Positions 1-9,956 of a stretch of DNA of 64,000 nt are shown one piece after another. Under the pieces are notes generated by a model. It did not search any database and had not been told where the DNA came from. It worked only from the letters and a program-made list of their open reading frames with translations. This stretch comes from a virus. Every line of letters starts with the position of its first letter. Positions within the stretch are counted from its first letter, which is position 1. Made by a program: the position numbers and the translations under genes. The DNA is taken from IMG/VR virus record IMGVR_UViG_3300015203_000001, positions 1 through 64,000 of that record; one strand, given 5' to 3'.

Positions 1-2203
1 TCTGTACTTCTGTCTTTCTTCTTTCAGTCTCCTTCAATACAACCATCTCCTTATCATGATCCCATTGCTCTCTTTGTAGAGTATCTTGTCTCATTTCAGT
101 ATCTTTTTGTGCCTGCACTTTATCCTTCTCTGAAGCCTGCTCTTGCTCTATTCTCTTTTGTTCAGATACTTCTAATAGCTCTTCAGCTTCATTTATATTA
201 TTACTCTTAATAATCTTAATAATATCTGTAAGTGTAGCCTGTTGGTTCTGCATTGCAGCCTGTCCTAATTGCTTAATAGCCTGTAGAGCATCATCAGCCT
301 TTGAAGAATTAGATACAAATAAGCCAATAGTATCTCCATCTAACATACCCTGATCTAGTTTTAATAATTTAAAACTCATATCATCTAATACATATGAGAG
401 AGTCTTAGTATTAGACTGAGAATATGCTACTTTAGCTGTTTCAATTAGAGCCTGTAATACATTAGCCTTAACTACATTATGAGACTCAAAGTATGGCTTT
501 ATTATATGTGAGCTTTGAATCAGATTCTGTTTAGTATTAGTTACAGCTTCATCAGCTGCAATTTGAGCTTCCATTTGAGGGGTTACACCTACTGAATTAC
601 CACACTCTCTCTTAATAAACTCTGCAAATTGTATGTATTTACTAATATCACTAGCTAAACTCATATCTATCTCCTTAACCATATTAGTTACATCTCCACC
701 TCCTCTATTCCCTTCTTCAGTAGGATTAAACCAAGCTATCTTATTAGCCTCCATAAAATACATGAACTTATTCACATTAATACCTGCTGATTTAGGTAGT
801 CCTTTTATATTAGCTGCCAATATTTTCCCCTTATCAGAAGCCATTAGAAGTTCAATTCTATAAAGAATCACATTATAATAGTACTGATAAGCCTTCATTC
901 TATCCATTGGAGCAGTTGTAACTGAATTAAGAGAGTCACAAGCCATCCCATAGTAAGGCAATTTACAGTCAAATAGGTTCTCTAAGTCCTTATTTTGACC
1001 TGCTACTGGCCCTGCATGGACATAAATATCATTTAATATCTTCCAACACTCATGTGATTGAGGAACCCACTCCCATTGTAGCTCAATATCTCCTCCTTCT
1101 TTATCTAATTTGTAGTTCTCATCTACTAAATCCATCTCTTCTTTCCCATCTTGCCCTGTATATATCAGAAATCCAACCTTCATAAGAGATTTCCATGTAC
1201 AGTGCTTTACTCTTATAGTATTTATATTAGTAACTTCATTCTGAAATGTAAAATCTGCTGTTGATGGACTACTATTATGCTCATATATCCTATCTATCTC
1301 GTCATCTGTAAGTTCATCTCCATGATCTGCTATAACTTGTGAGGGAGTCATTCTATATTCAGCTACAGCCCATTCTCCATCCTCTATTCCATCTAAATCA
1401 GGTGACTTATCATACTCAAATAAGAGACTATTCACTACCCTAACTCCGGGTTTACCCCTAAATATCCCAACATGATACACTTCTGTTCCACTTATAAGAG
1501 AATGCTTCCAACCTTTATTAAATTTCTGTGCTATTTTCTCTTTCAGCAGTAGATACTCTAAAATCTGCTGATGCATAACCTCTGAAGGGTCCTGATGCTC
1601 TCTAGTCATGTACCTTCTAACTTCATCTGGAGTCTGTGTCTGTATCTGACTCTGTATATCCTCCTGTATTTTCTGTTTTTCTTCAGGTGTTAACTTCTGC
1701 CCCTTAGTTTGCTCTGCACTTTGCTGCTGTATCTGTTGTTTTATAGGGTTCATTATCTCTCCTATAACAAAATCCTTAATCCTACCATACTCCTCCTGCT
1801 CTTTCCTAGTAGTAGCTTCCTCATTAGTAGCTATAACTTTCCATGAGAAAGGCATACTCATTTCCATCCCTAATAAAACCTTAATTTTTCCGGAAGTGAT
1901 GTCTCTATTGGTAAATTTAGCTGGTAATTCCCCTGCTTCAGCACCAAATGGCCTACATACATAGAGAAAATCATTATGATTGATAATATTATTGAATAAA
2001 TCATAATTAACCTTCTTCCTCATAAATTCAGAAACACCACCAAAGGAAATGAGGCTGGTATTAGAGCCATGTGAGTGATTATCAAGGAGATCAGCCATAT
2101 CCTTATACCACTGTTTCTTATTGGCATCCTTCTTCCTTTGAGTAATCCTATGCCTGTTGGTGTCACTTATATTAAATAAGTCTGGCTGACTGTCATTATT
2201 CAT
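1..2203 (-). CDS. portal protein (candidate); C-terminal end cut by window edge
   Basis: Hand translation: ATG at 2203-2201 (MNNDSQPDLFNISDTNRH...) stays open in one frame down to base 2. I checked every in-frame + strand triplet for tta/cta/tca. It is absent from the ORF track only because no stop lies in the window. More than 730 codons, starting 29 nt after the TerL stop; TerL-portal adjacency as in crAss-like phages. No motif-level proof. Confidence 0.6.
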   Translation of the reverse strand, partial: MNNDSQPDLFNISDTNRHRITQRKKDANKKQWYKDMADLLDNHSHGSNTSLISFGGVSEFMRKKVNYDLFNNIINHNDFLYVCRPFGAEAGELPAKFTNRDITSGKIKVLLGMEMSMPFSWKVIATNEEATTRKEQEEYGRIKDFVIGEIMNPIKQQIQQQSAEQTKGQKLTPEEKQKIQEDIQSQIQTQTPDEVRRYMTREHQDPSEVMHQQILEYLLLKEKIAQKFNKGWKHSLISGTEVYHVGIFRGKPGVRVVNSLLFEYDKSPDLDGIEDGEWAVAEYRMTPSQVIADHGDELTDDEIDRIYEHNSSPSTADFTFQNEVTNINTIRVKHCTWKSLMKVGFLIYTGQDGKEEMDLVDENYKLDKEGGDIELQWEWVPQSHECWKILNDIYVHAGPVAGQNKDLENLFDCKLPYYGMACDSLNSVTTAPMDRMKAYQYYYNVILYRIELLMASDKGKILAANIKGLPKSAGINVNKFMYFMEANKIAWFNPTEEGNRGGGDVTNMVKEIDMSLASDISKYIQFAEFIKRECGNSVGVTPQMEAQIAADEAVTNTKQNLIQSSHIIKPYFESHNVVKANVLQALIETAKVAYSQSNTKTLSYVLDDMSFKLLKLDQGMLDGDTIGLFVSNSSKADDALQAIKQLGQAAMQNQQATLTDIIKIIKSNNINEAEELLEVSEQKRIEQEQASEKDKVQAQKDTEMRQDTLQREQWDHDKEMVVLKETERRKTEVQ

Positions 2204-2232
2204 ACATATATATTATGGTGTGGTTTTCTGAA

Positions 2233-4431
2233 TTAGGCTGCATTTGAAAACTGATTATTTGCTAAATCTACAAAATCTTTTTCAAGACTACTATAAGTAT
2301 TTTCCTGTTTCTCTAATTCAGGTTCATCTTCAGCAATTTGGAACATTACCATCATTAAAGCCATGACTCTATCAAAGTTACCAGCCTTCCTATTATATAA
2401 CATTAGTTCCTCTAATAGTGCAGGGTCATATATAGTGTCTAGGTTATAAATAGGGTCTCCATGTTCATCATAATCTCTTATAGTTAATAACCAGTCCTTA
2501 ATGTACTTCTCTCCAGCATCCTTTAGTTGTTCAGTCATATGACACCCATATATCCTTGCTACCTTAGATGCTTTAATATTCTTACTAATCACCTTATCTG
2601 GTTGTGCTGCTAATAGGTGTAGTTTTTTCCTGTTCTCAAAGTATGTTTTAACGTGTGTAACTTCATTCTCATACATCCCCTCTGTATTATACAGCTCAAT
2701 CAGCATCTCAAATATCTTATTTACAGTATCGGGACTGTAAGGTCTACCTATATATTGAGCTACTATTATATTTCTAGTATAGTCACCCTTCATCATTGTT
2801 TTGTACACATAGATTGCAGCTAGTGAAGTTCCATCTACCTGTCTATAAGGGTCAAATCCTATCTTATATAACCCTTTAGGTGCATTATAAACTGGATGCT
2901 CATATATTACTACTGATCCCTTTAAATCCTTAGTCTTAGGCTTATAAGTCCATAGTGGTTCTAATATTCTATCTAAGTCAACAGTAACTTTAATCTGTCT
3001 CTTACTTTCAGTTACAGTATTATCATCATTTACAGTCTTACCTCCTACTGGTGTTAGGTAGCAAGGCTGACCCATCTTTAGATGTAATGCCTCTCTAACT
3101 ACAATATTATATTGTTTCCTTAATTCTACTATTGGGAAGTCATTAGTTGATACAGTAAGGAATGCCTCACTAGGACTCATAGGATACTCCTGTACTCTAG
3201 TTTGTATTACATTACTAGAGGTACTGGCCCTAATCAGCTTAGCTCTAACTCCCATCTCATACTCCTTAGCAGCCTTTATATCACTATTCCCCTGCCTATC
3301 ATAGTAACCCTCCATATTTAAATATACAGGATGGAAGAAACCACAGTAAGTATTCTCTGCATTTACATCCCATATATTTATAAATGGCATTAATCCAAAC
3401 TGGATTGGGTTGTAGAACATTTCAGCAAAGTCTGCTGTTCCACTCTCCATATCTCCACCTGTTCCAAATATCAATATCTGTCCAGTTATATATTTACCTG
3501 CTGTTAAACCAGGTTGAGTAGCTTGATATGCAGCTTTAAGATTAGGGAATGCTCCAGCTTCCTCTAACAGCACATACTTAGCATCCTTACCTCTAGCTGC
3601 TGCTGGATTATCCTTGAAGGTTAATGCCATTATATCTGACATATAACCCTCCTCTACTACAATACCTTCCTTCATCTCCTTAAATGAAGCCCTCTTATGC
3701 TCTTGCTTATCTACATACTCTCTAGCCTTACCCCATGCAGTATTCTTATTAATGAATGAGAGATATGAAGAAGCCATACCCATAGTACCCTCTGGGTAGA
3801 GATACTTCTTATCAAATGCCCCAATTAGTGTTAGAGATTTTGGGATTGTGTTGTAAATATTCTTACATATATCTGCATTCTTATAACTATAGCCCTTCCT
3901 TCTACTCTTTCCAATAATCATATGATTACCACCATCTAGAAAGTCTGGATGTGGTTTAACCTTCAGAGCTAGTCTATCTAATACCTTCTGCTTCTCTATA
4001 TCCTGCTGTTCTTTAGGATACATCTTATACACACTCTTCTCTAACTCATTAGTAGCAAGTGCCTCCTTAGTAAACAACCCATTCTTAGCTATATCTAAAC
4101 ACCAGTAGTAATCATAGTCTCCATCCCAGAAGTCTGGACATTTAGTTTCCTTAGTAGCTACTATCTCTCCATCTTCATTAGCTTCTACTATGTCTATTTC
4201 AGAGAAGTTTAAGAAGGAATAATGATGTCCTGTTACCTTATGCTTCCCAACTTGATAACCTTTCTTACATCTATCTAATTGAGTATTCCAATACTCTAAA
4301 TGAGAAGGACTACCATAAGGTTCAGTACAGTAATTCTTATTTAGATTAAATTTAATACCCTCCTCCCTAAATACATCACTATTTAGCCAGAATCCATCTT
4401 CTGTTCTTATACTATCTAATACTTCAGACAT
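2233..4431 (-). CDS. terL: terminase large subunit
   Basis: 732 aa. ATPase part: GKSRRKGYS (Walker A-like), KYVLLEEAG (Walker B plus catalytic Glu), IFGTGGD. Nuclease part: YKIGFDPY (first catalytic Asp). Size and layout of a large terminase. Confidence 0.8.
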   Translation of the reverse strand: MSEVLDSIRTEDGFWLNSDVFREEGIKFNLNKNYCTEPYGSPSHLEYWNTQLDRCKKGYQVGKHKVTGHHYSFLNFSEIDIVEANEDGEIVATKETKCPDFWDGDYDYYWCLDIAKNGLFTKEALATNELEKSVYKMYPKEQQDIEKQKVLDRLALKVKPHPDFLDGGNHMIIGKSRRKGYSYKNADICKNIYNTIPKSLTLIGAFDKKYLYPEGTMGMASSYLSFINKNTAWGKAREYVDKQEHKRASFKEMKEGIVVEEGYMSDIMALTFKDNPAAARGKDAKYVLLEEAGAFPNLKAAYQATQPGLTAGKYITGQILIFGTGGDMESGTADFAEMFYNPIQFGLMPFINIWDVNAENTYCGFFHPVYLNMEGYYDRQGNSDIKAAKEYEMGVRAKLIRASTSSNVIQTRVQEYPMSPSEAFLTVSTNDFPIVELRKQYNIVVREALHLKMGQPCYLTPVGGKTVNDDNTVTESKRQIKVTVDLDRILEPLWTYKPKTKDLKGSVVIYEHPVYNAPKGLYKIGFDPYRQVDGTSLAAIYVYKTMMKGDYTRNIIVAQYIGRPYSPDTVNKIFEMLIELYNTEGMYENEVTHVKTYFENRKKLHLLAAQPDKVISKNIKASKVARIYGCHMTEQLKDAGEKYIKDWLLTIRDYDEHGDPIYNLDTIYDPALLEELMLYNRKAGNFDRVMALMMVMFQIAEDEPELEKQENTYSSLEKDFVDLANNQFSNAA

Positions 4432-4461
4432 ACCTTAAATGATAAAGGGTCTTGTTAGACC

Positions 4462-4701
4462 CTATTCTTTATTAAATCCTATATTCTTTGTTTTTATATC
4501 AACAACAGCTCTAAACTCTTGTGGAGAACACCACACAAATTTATATTCTTCACCTATATAATACTTAATTTTATATATTACACTAGTAAATTCTATAGAT
4601 ATAGCTACAATCATACCTTTTATACTACCTATTTTCATTTCTACTATAACTCCACATGCTAATACTTCCATATCATTTATATATTGTATTCCTATTGCCA
4701 T
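4462..4701 (-). CDS. hypothetical protein (79 aa)
   Basis: ORF track; co-directional, ends 30 nt before the TerL start; no motif recognised. Confidence 0.5.
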   Translation of the reverse strand: MAIGIQYINDMEVLACGVIVEMKIGSIKGMIVAISIEFTSVIYKIKYYIGEEYKFVWCSPQEFRAVVDIKTKNIGFNKE

Positions 4702-4708
4702 ATTCTAT

Positions 4709-4981
4709 CTATTTTATATTATTTATTTGTAATAATATATCTTTCCACTTATTCTCACAAATTTCTAATCCATTTTCAAGTGTATAACATGGTAATTTAC
4801 CATATTTAATTTGAGTTTTTCTATCCCCATCTAATCCTAAATAAATATATTCCATCATTGCGTTACCAGATACAGCCTCATATACTTTAAAATCTCCTAG
4901 TGGTGTAGTTAATTTATATTTCTGCCTATTAACAGGTTTTCCATTATACTTAAATGATGAAGTTTCAAATACCCAATTCAT
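4709..4981 (-). CDS. hypothetical protein (90 aa)
   Basis: ORF track; tightly packed, 4-nt overlap with the upstream ORF. Confidence 0.55.
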   Translation of the reverse strand: MNWVFETSSFKYNGKPVNRQKYKLTTPLGDFKVYEAVSGNAMMEYIYLGLDGDRKTQIKYGKLPCYTLENGLEICENKWKDILLQINNIK

Positions 4982-5319
4982 TTAAATACAATTTGTCCGT
5001 TTAATATCCTCTCTAGTCTAATTACTATATTCCCATGTATATATCTTGCTACTTTAGCATCAGATTTAAGATAATCTTCCATCTCTTTAATATTCTCTAA
5101 TATAATATCACAATCTGCAACCACTTTCTTAGAATTATTAATCATAACTCTTAATTGTGATCTAATAAATTCATTCTCTAACTCTGCATATGTAGGTTTC
5201 TTAGGTTTAGGAGGTAGTGGTGGCTTATATTCATATCCACCTCTCTCTATCTCTATTAAAGAGCAAACATTATCCCAAATCTGTTGTCCTTCTGGTGTTA
5301 ATTCTACTTCTTCTGGCAT
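4978..5319 (-). CDS. hypothetical protein (113 aa), Pro/Lys linker PPLPPKPKKP
   Basis: ORF track; co-directional; no catalytic motif. Confidence 0.55.
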   Translation of the reverse strand: MPEEVELTPEGQQIWDNVCSLIEIERGGYEYKPPLPPKPKKPTYAELENEFIRSQLRVMINNSKKVVADCDIILENIKEMEDYLKSDAKVARYIHGNIVIRLERILNGQIVFK

Positions 5320-5406
5320 GTATTCTTTATAGTTTTAATAATATTCTTCAAATATTCCATGTGCCTTGTAAATTAGATATGCCCCACTTCTATAAATCTC
5401 AATTGG

Positions 5407-5976
5407 TTAAGGCTCATCATAGAATCTCTTAACTCTCTCCTCCTCATTCTCCTCTATTGGTTCATATGTAGGTTCATCATCCATATATACACTCTCATAT
5501 TTCTTTTGTCTTAAATGTCCTTCTGTAGTTAGCTCATATGTCTGAAATTCATTAACTAATACTAGTATTAGATTCTCCCACCATCTTTCAAACTCTATTC
5601 TCCTATTTACTAAAGATACAGTACTAGTTTTAGGTACATCCATCCCATATTTATTCTTAATATTATCTACATCATCTGCAAATTCTGATTCAGTTTTGAT
5701 ATGAATAAACTCTTCAGGGTAAGCATATCTATATCCAGTCTGATGCTTCTTAACTATAGTCCTTAAATCAGCCTCATACACTAACTCTCCCCAATCTTGA
5801 TACTCCTCTAATAAATTATTCTTCCTAGTAGCCCAAGGCATACTAACTTCCTGCTTAATATTCACTTTTTCATTTATAACTTCAGGTATGATATTGTCCT
5901 GATTAGATGTGGTAGACCTAGACCTTGTGATATTAAGCCCCAACTTCAAATCCTTTATTATCTTTTTAAGACTCAT
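5407..5976 (-). CDS. hypothetical protein (189 aa), acidic C-terminus
   Basis: ORF track; co-directional; C-terminal DDEPTYEPIEENEEE tail. Confidence 0.6.
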   Translation of the reverse strand: MSLKKIIKDLKLGLNITRSRSTTSNQDNIIPEVINEKVNIKQEVSMPWATRKNNLLEEYQDWGELVYEADLRTIVKKHQTGYRYAYPEEFIHIKTESEFADDVDNIKNKYGMDVPKTSTVSLVNRRIEFERWWENLILVLVNEFQTYELTTEGHLRQKKYESVYMDDEPTYEPIEENEEERVKRFYDEP

Positions 5977-6046
5977 GCTTTGCTGTTTTAATAATAACTA
6001 TATCTACTATTATTCCTACTATAATTATCCATAATAAGTATTCCAT
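5966..6046 (-). CDS. micro-ORF, 26 aa single-pass membrane peptide (MEYLLWIIIVGIIVDIVIIKTAKHES)
   Basis: Hand translation; below the ORF-track size cutoff; hydrophobic core plus charged tail; overlaps the start of 5407-5976; lies in the gap downstream of the endolysin operon segment. Confidence 0.25.
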   Translation of the reverse strand: MEYLLWIIIVGIIVDIVIIKTAKHES

Positions 6047-6062
6047 ACAGCAAATTTTAGAA

Positions 6063-6152
6063 CTAAATACAAATAGATAAAATTACTCCAAATATTACTA
6101 GTAATAGTATATATAATACTAACTCAAACCACCAATCTTCTCTAAATCTCAT
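6063..6152 (-). CDS. micro-ORF, 29 aa single-pass membrane peptide (MRFREDWWFELVLYILLLVIFGVILSICI)
   Basis: Hand translation; ATG 11 nt after the stop of 6164-6730; charged N-terminus followed by a hydrophobic stretch. Confidence 0.25.
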   Translation of the reverse strand: MRFREDWWFELVLYILLLVIFGVILSICI

Positions 6153-6163
6153 ATATACTAGAG

Positions 6164-6730
6164 TTAAGGTCTTTCAAAAAAGCCTATTGTCCTTTGATTT
6201 CTAGTCTTAGTACTATCATTAAGTTCCCCCTGTATCTTATCTCTATAAGTCTGTACAGTTCTATCAGCATCAGGTAGTGAATTAATAGCATTAGTTATAT
6301 CTCTAGGTTTAATTACCATAGCTCCACCATTTGATCTCTCATCTAATTGGAAGGTATCTAGGAAATGTCTTATTTTATCTAAAGCCTTAGATGCACTTAC
6401 CCATAGTATGTATGATTGTGATGAATTAGCTAGTAGTTCTCTATATTTAAGAGTAGCATACATTATACTACTAATAGTTTCAGGTTCTAATTGGGGTTTT
6501 TCATCCCCAAATATTTCCTTCTTAACCTTCTTAGGTCTATCTTCTTCTGAATATCCAGCAAATGGGTTAGATTTCTTAGGGGAACATAATAATTCTACAT
6601 AAGAGAGTATCTTAGTAGCTTCAGATTTGTGTTTAGAAGTATCATTCTCCCATATAGACTTAAAAGGCTCTATAGTAAGAGCATGAGTTGAAGGAATAAT
6701 CCTATTATTTTGTAATTCAAATAAGTCCAT
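6164..6730 (-). CDS. hypothetical protein (188 aa)
   Basis: ORF track; starts 4 nt after the endolysin stop; no motif recognised. Confidence 0.6.
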   Translation of the reverse strand: MDLFELQNNRIIPSTHALTIEPFKSIWENDTSKHKSEATKILSYVELLCSPKKSNPFAGYSEEDRPKKVKKEIFGDEKPQLEPETISSIMYATLKYRELLANSSQSYILWVSASKALDKIRHFLDTFQLDERSNGGAMVIKPRDITNAINSLPDADRTVQTYRDKIQGELNDSTKTRNQRTIGFFERP

Positions 6731-6734
6731 TGTT

Positions 6735-7307
6735 CTAAGATTGATCTTCTATTTGAAAGTGTAGGTAAAATTTAGCTAAATCAGTATCATAATTATTCTG
6801 TCTATAATTAGGGCCATTATAGTGCTCTGCAAATACAACCCAATTCTTTTCTCTTAGTGCTTTATCTATTATAGAGTTGGCTTTAATAAATTTAATACCT
6901 ATCTCTACCTGATTATATTCACTCTCCTTTCCAAAATCCCACATTGCATTTACAGTTGGAAACCCTAAGTCTTTATAGTGAACTCCCATAACTTGCATCA
7001 TGCCTATAGAAGTAGACTTCATAGCTGCATCAGGGTCAATCTTGAAAGCATCATTGAATGCTAACCATTCTAATGTCTGATTTGATACCTTATTCTGATA
7101 CCATATATGTCCTACTATATTATCAGTCCATACTGGGCTTAGTCTTTTAAAGTATGAGGGTTCAAATTGGATTATAATTTTACTAGTAGTAGTATCAAAT
7201 CCATGTCCACTACTCTCTTTAGCTATTACAGCTTTAAGAGCTGGATATTCATATCCATAATTGGAGGCTAGTTGTTTAATTTGATCTTGTGATAAATATT
7301 TATCCAT
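6735..7307 (-). CDS. endolysin, N-acetylmuramidase family (PF11860-like)
   Basis: 190 aa with KESSGHGF, FEPSYFKR, IGMMQVMG and FAEHYNGPNYRQNNYDTDLAKFY. These match the signature strings of the phage N-acetylmuramidase family as I remember it. Confidence 0.75.
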   Translation of the reverse strand: MDKYLSQDQIKQLASNYGYEYPALKAVIAKESSGHGFDTTTSKIIIQFEPSYFKRLSPVWTDNIVGHIWYQNKVSNQTLEWLAFNDAFKIDPDAAMKSTSIGMMQVMGVHYKDLGFPTVNAMWDFGKESEYNQVEIGIKFIKANSIIDKALREKNWVVFAEHYNGPNYRQNNYDTDLAKFYLHFQIEDQS

Positions 7308-7318
7308 TTAGTTTTAGT

Positions 7319-7633
7319 TTAGGTAGTCACAGTTGATTCAAATGATAATTGCTGTGTTAATTCATGTAGAGTTCCATCCTCATTTAGTGTAGCATATTTA
7401 ACTTGTACAATTTTGATAGTAGTATAGGGAGTTCCTCTTAGGTGTGTAGGAGTAGATTGTGGAGTGTAGTGAACTACTATCTCTCTATTAGTTTGATCAT
7501 TAAATGCTATAGAGCAACCACATGGAGCTACTATATCCATTATTAGACTTATATCATTAGTATATGGATATTGTAATCTAATCTCTTTATATGGAGTTAC
7601 TACTCCTAACTCAATGTGTGTTTTGTTGAACAT
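7319..7633 (-). CDS. hypothetical protein (104 aa), PCGCS motif (DUF1573-like beta-sandwich?)
   Basis: ORF track; the APCGCSIAF string resembles the CGCT motif of Bacteroidota DUF1573 proteins; weak. Confidence 0.5.
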   Translation of the reverse strand: MFNKTHIELGVVTPYKEIRLQYPYTNDISLIMDIVAPCGCSIAFNDQTNREIVVHYTPQSTPTHLRGTPYTTIKIVQVKYATLNEDGTLHELTQQLSFESTVTT

Positions 7634-8030
7634 ATCCTACACCTGTCTTTTTTAATATTATTAATTTGTTAGTCTCCTTCTGGTAGAACCAGTAGTATTC
7701 ACCATACTCAATTGCCTTGTAATTAAAGCTATACTCATGCCACTTATATTTAGAAACAATAGGAGGGTACTCATATCCATCACAGGGTTTATTAGCCATT
7801 TGTAGATGTGTAGTTTGACATCCACATATTATACATTGACCCTTAGAGTAGCACTCCTGATTCATTCTCCTAATTCTATAATCTATCTGTTCTCTTATAT
7901 GCTTTCTAATTAACCACTTCCAGTTGATTGAATAGTAAAGTTTGTATCTAATATTCCCTTGTATATAAGAGTATATATCTTTTAGGGGATTAGCACTATT
8001 CATCAACAATCTCCATACTTGTTTGTTCAT
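7611..8030 (-). CDS. hypothetical Cys-rich protein (139 aa)
   Basis: ORF track; cluster ECYSKGQCIICGCQTTHLQMANKPCDG suggests metal binding. Confidence 0.55.
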   Translation of the reverse strand: MNKQVWRLLMNSANPLKDIYSYIQGNIRYKLYYSINWKWLIRKHIREQIDYRIRRMNQECYSKGQCIICGCQTTHLQMANKPCDGYEYPPIVSKYKWHEYSFNYKAIEYGEYYWFYQKETNKLIILKKTGVGYVQQNTH

Positions 8031-8343
8031 CTTTCTCTACTCTTTTTAATATGTCCTTATATATTAAGTCTCTCTCCATGTGTTTATTAGGAGTAATCCA
8101 ACGTAATTCAAGTTGAGTATCATTTTGCCTAATAGCAGTTCTAAGAGTACGTGAAACTACTTTAAAAGTTCCAAATTCACAAACTTGAATTTGAGGTAAT
8201 TCCGGTTTAGACATCTGAAGTCTGATGAAGTGAAAGGGAGACTTACATATTCTCTCAAATGTATCATAGTCTAAATTGGGATGTTCATGTTTTATCTTCT
8301 CCCAATACTCCTGTATTACTCTTTCTATTGTTAGTAATGCCAT
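7996..8343 (-). CDS. hypothetical protein (115 aa)
   Basis: ORF track; co-directional. Confidence 0.55.
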   Translation of the reverse strand: MALLTIERVIQEYWEKIKHEHPNLDYDTFERICKSPFHFIRLQMSKPELPQIQVCEFGTFKVVSRTLRTAIRQNDTQLELRWITPNKHMERDLIYKDILKRVEKDEQTSMEIVDE

Positions 8344-8521
8344 CTTCTATATCTTCTTTAGTTAACTGTCTTATACCTCCCATCCTATCAGGTATTCTCA
8401 TTAATTCATATATCTTCATAATACAGTATTCATACATCATCTGATATGCTGCCATTTGATCTAATAGACTTAAATCTATAGGTTCTATTTCTTTATTCGT
8501 TGATGGTGGGAGTAGTTTCAT
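8285..8521 (-). CDS. hypothetical protein (78 aa)
   Basis: ORF track; 59-nt overlap with the downstream ORF lowers confidence. Confidence 0.4.
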   Translation of the reverse strand: MKLLPPSTNKEIEPIDLSLLDQMAAYQMMYEYCIMKIYELMRIPDRMGGIRQLTKEDIEDGITNNRKSNTGVLGEDKT

Positions 8522-8762
8522 TATCTGTATTTATAATCTCAACTTCCTTCTTAGTAGTTCTAAAATCTATTCTACTTAAAGCTCTCTTACAATACTCCTT
8601 ATATTGTTCCTCATTTAAGTATGGTTGTCCCTCTTTCCTTATATACATATTATAGTGGTAGAGAGGAGAATTCCTATTTTGAGTTAGATGCTGGTATCTA
8701 TCCTGATTCATTTGAGAACTTACAGCAGTAATAGGATTCTTATCCTTCTTTGGCTTTATCAT
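8493..8762 (-). CDS. hypothetical protein (89 aa)
   Basis: ORF track; co-directional. Confidence 0.5.
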   Translation of the reverse strand: MIKPKKDKNPITAVSSQMNQDRYQHLTQNRNSPLYHYNMYIRKEGQPYLNEEQYKEYCKRALSRIDFRTTKKEVEIINTDNETTPTINE

Positions 8763-9063
8763 TTTGCTTTAGAATTAAGTTTGCATATTCACTCTCAAGA
8801 TAATCTCTTTCTTCTCTTAAATAATAATTTATAGCTTCCTCCTTCTTATTAGCTTTAGTAACTACTCTAATTCCATTACCATCTATTCTATCTCTAATAT
8901 CCCATGCCTTAATATTAAAATCATACTTATAATATAATATTGTCCTATTAGGAAATACTCTTTCTCTAAATCCATTAGTCTTTATATAATCTTCTGTCTT
9001 ACCATAGAATATATCATACATACCCTGTTCTATAATATCATGCGTTAAATCTTTATACTCCAT
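8740..9063 (-). CDS. hypothetical protein (107 aa)
   Basis: ORF track; co-directional. Confidence 0.55.
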   Translation of the reverse strand: MEYKDLTHDIIEQGMYDIFYGKTEDYIKTNGFRERVFPNRTILYYKYDFNIKAWDIRDRIDGNGIRVVTKANKKEEAINYYLREERDYLESEYANLILKQNDKAKEG

Positions 9064-9646
9064 TTGGTATGTTTAATAACTTCATTATATAATCAAATGT
9101 ATTTATATCTTTACAATTTCCTCTGAATATGCATCTCTCATTATCTTTAGTCTTTCCATTAGCATATAATTTTAAAACTTTTAAACCAAAGTGATATACT
9201 AAATCTATTATAATATTCTCTCCCCACATCTCTATTCTTCTAGCACTATATAATTCAGGCTTAGTTCTTTCCCATTCCGCTAATCCAGAATTATTTTTAT
9301 ATAACCATCCTCTACTCTCTATTTGTTCTTTAGTTAGATATAGTACTCTAATATTTTGATTAAATATTAAAGACTCCCAATCATATTCTAAATCATACTG
9401 CCTTTGTATGATTTGTTTATTCCAACTACCATCTTTCATCTTAACTTCATACTCATACCTAACTCTAATATCTTCTATTGAGGGAGTATAATATTTCTGT
9501 TCTTCTATTTCTTTATCCATATAAACTCTGTTAGCAAACATTTTTAATTCTTCTAATAATGCTTTATCAAATATCTTATCTTCATCCCCACCAAGAATAT
9601 ATCTATCTATATACTCTTTACATGCTTCTGTAAAAGGATTATCCAT
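9053..9646 (-). CDS. hypothetical protein (197 aa)
   Basis: ORF track; co-directional. Confidence 0.6.
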   Translation of the reverse strand: MDNPFTEACKEYIDRYILGGDEDKIFDKALLEELKMFANRVYMDKEIEEQKYYTPSIEDIRVRYEYEVKMKDGSWNKQIIQRQYDLEYDWESLIFNQNIRVLYLTKEQIESRGWLYKNNSGLAEWERTKPELYSARRIEMWGENIIIDLVYHFGLKVLKLYANGKTKDNERCIFRGNCKDINTFDYIMKLLNIPNGV

Positions 9647-9647
9647 A

Positions 9648-9956
9648 TTAGTTAATTTTAATTAACCACTCATATATTCTATCTGCATTAGATAATAGAT
9701 TATCTAGTTCATCTAATTGTTTAGCTTGAACATATGATATTCCCTGTTCCCTTACAGATTTTAAATACTTATCCACATTTATATCTTCACTTCTAGGTAC
9801 TTTACTCATATCTACTGTAAAGATGGGTTCTCTACTTAGTAGTAATTTAATAGACTGTTCTAAAGCTATTTGTCTACAATTTCTCTTGTAGTCTATATCT
9901 CTATAATCAGAATCTGTATCTTTAGGAGATTTTAGTTGTTCTTCTAGTTCACTCAT
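9648..9956 (-). CDS. hypothetical protein (102 aa)
   Basis: ORF track; 1-nt spacing to the next ORF. Confidence 0.55.
   Translation of the reverse strand: MSELEEQLKSPKDTDSDYRDIDYKRNCRQIALEQSIKLLLSREPIFTVDMSKVPRSEDINVDKYLKSVREQGISYVQAKQLDELDNLLSNADRIYEWLIKIN

Noticed and set aside
633-863. 76-aa + strand ORF from the track
   Set aside because: It lies antisense inside the uninterrupted portal-candidate frame (1-2203, minus strand). Its hydrophobic low-complexity translation is typical of the reverse strand of AT-rich coding DNA.
5217-8444. Three + strand track ORFs (5217-5432, 6408-6602, 8259-8444)
   Set aside because: All are antisense to longer, tightly packed minus-strand genes and have Leu/Ser/Ile-rich low-complexity translations.
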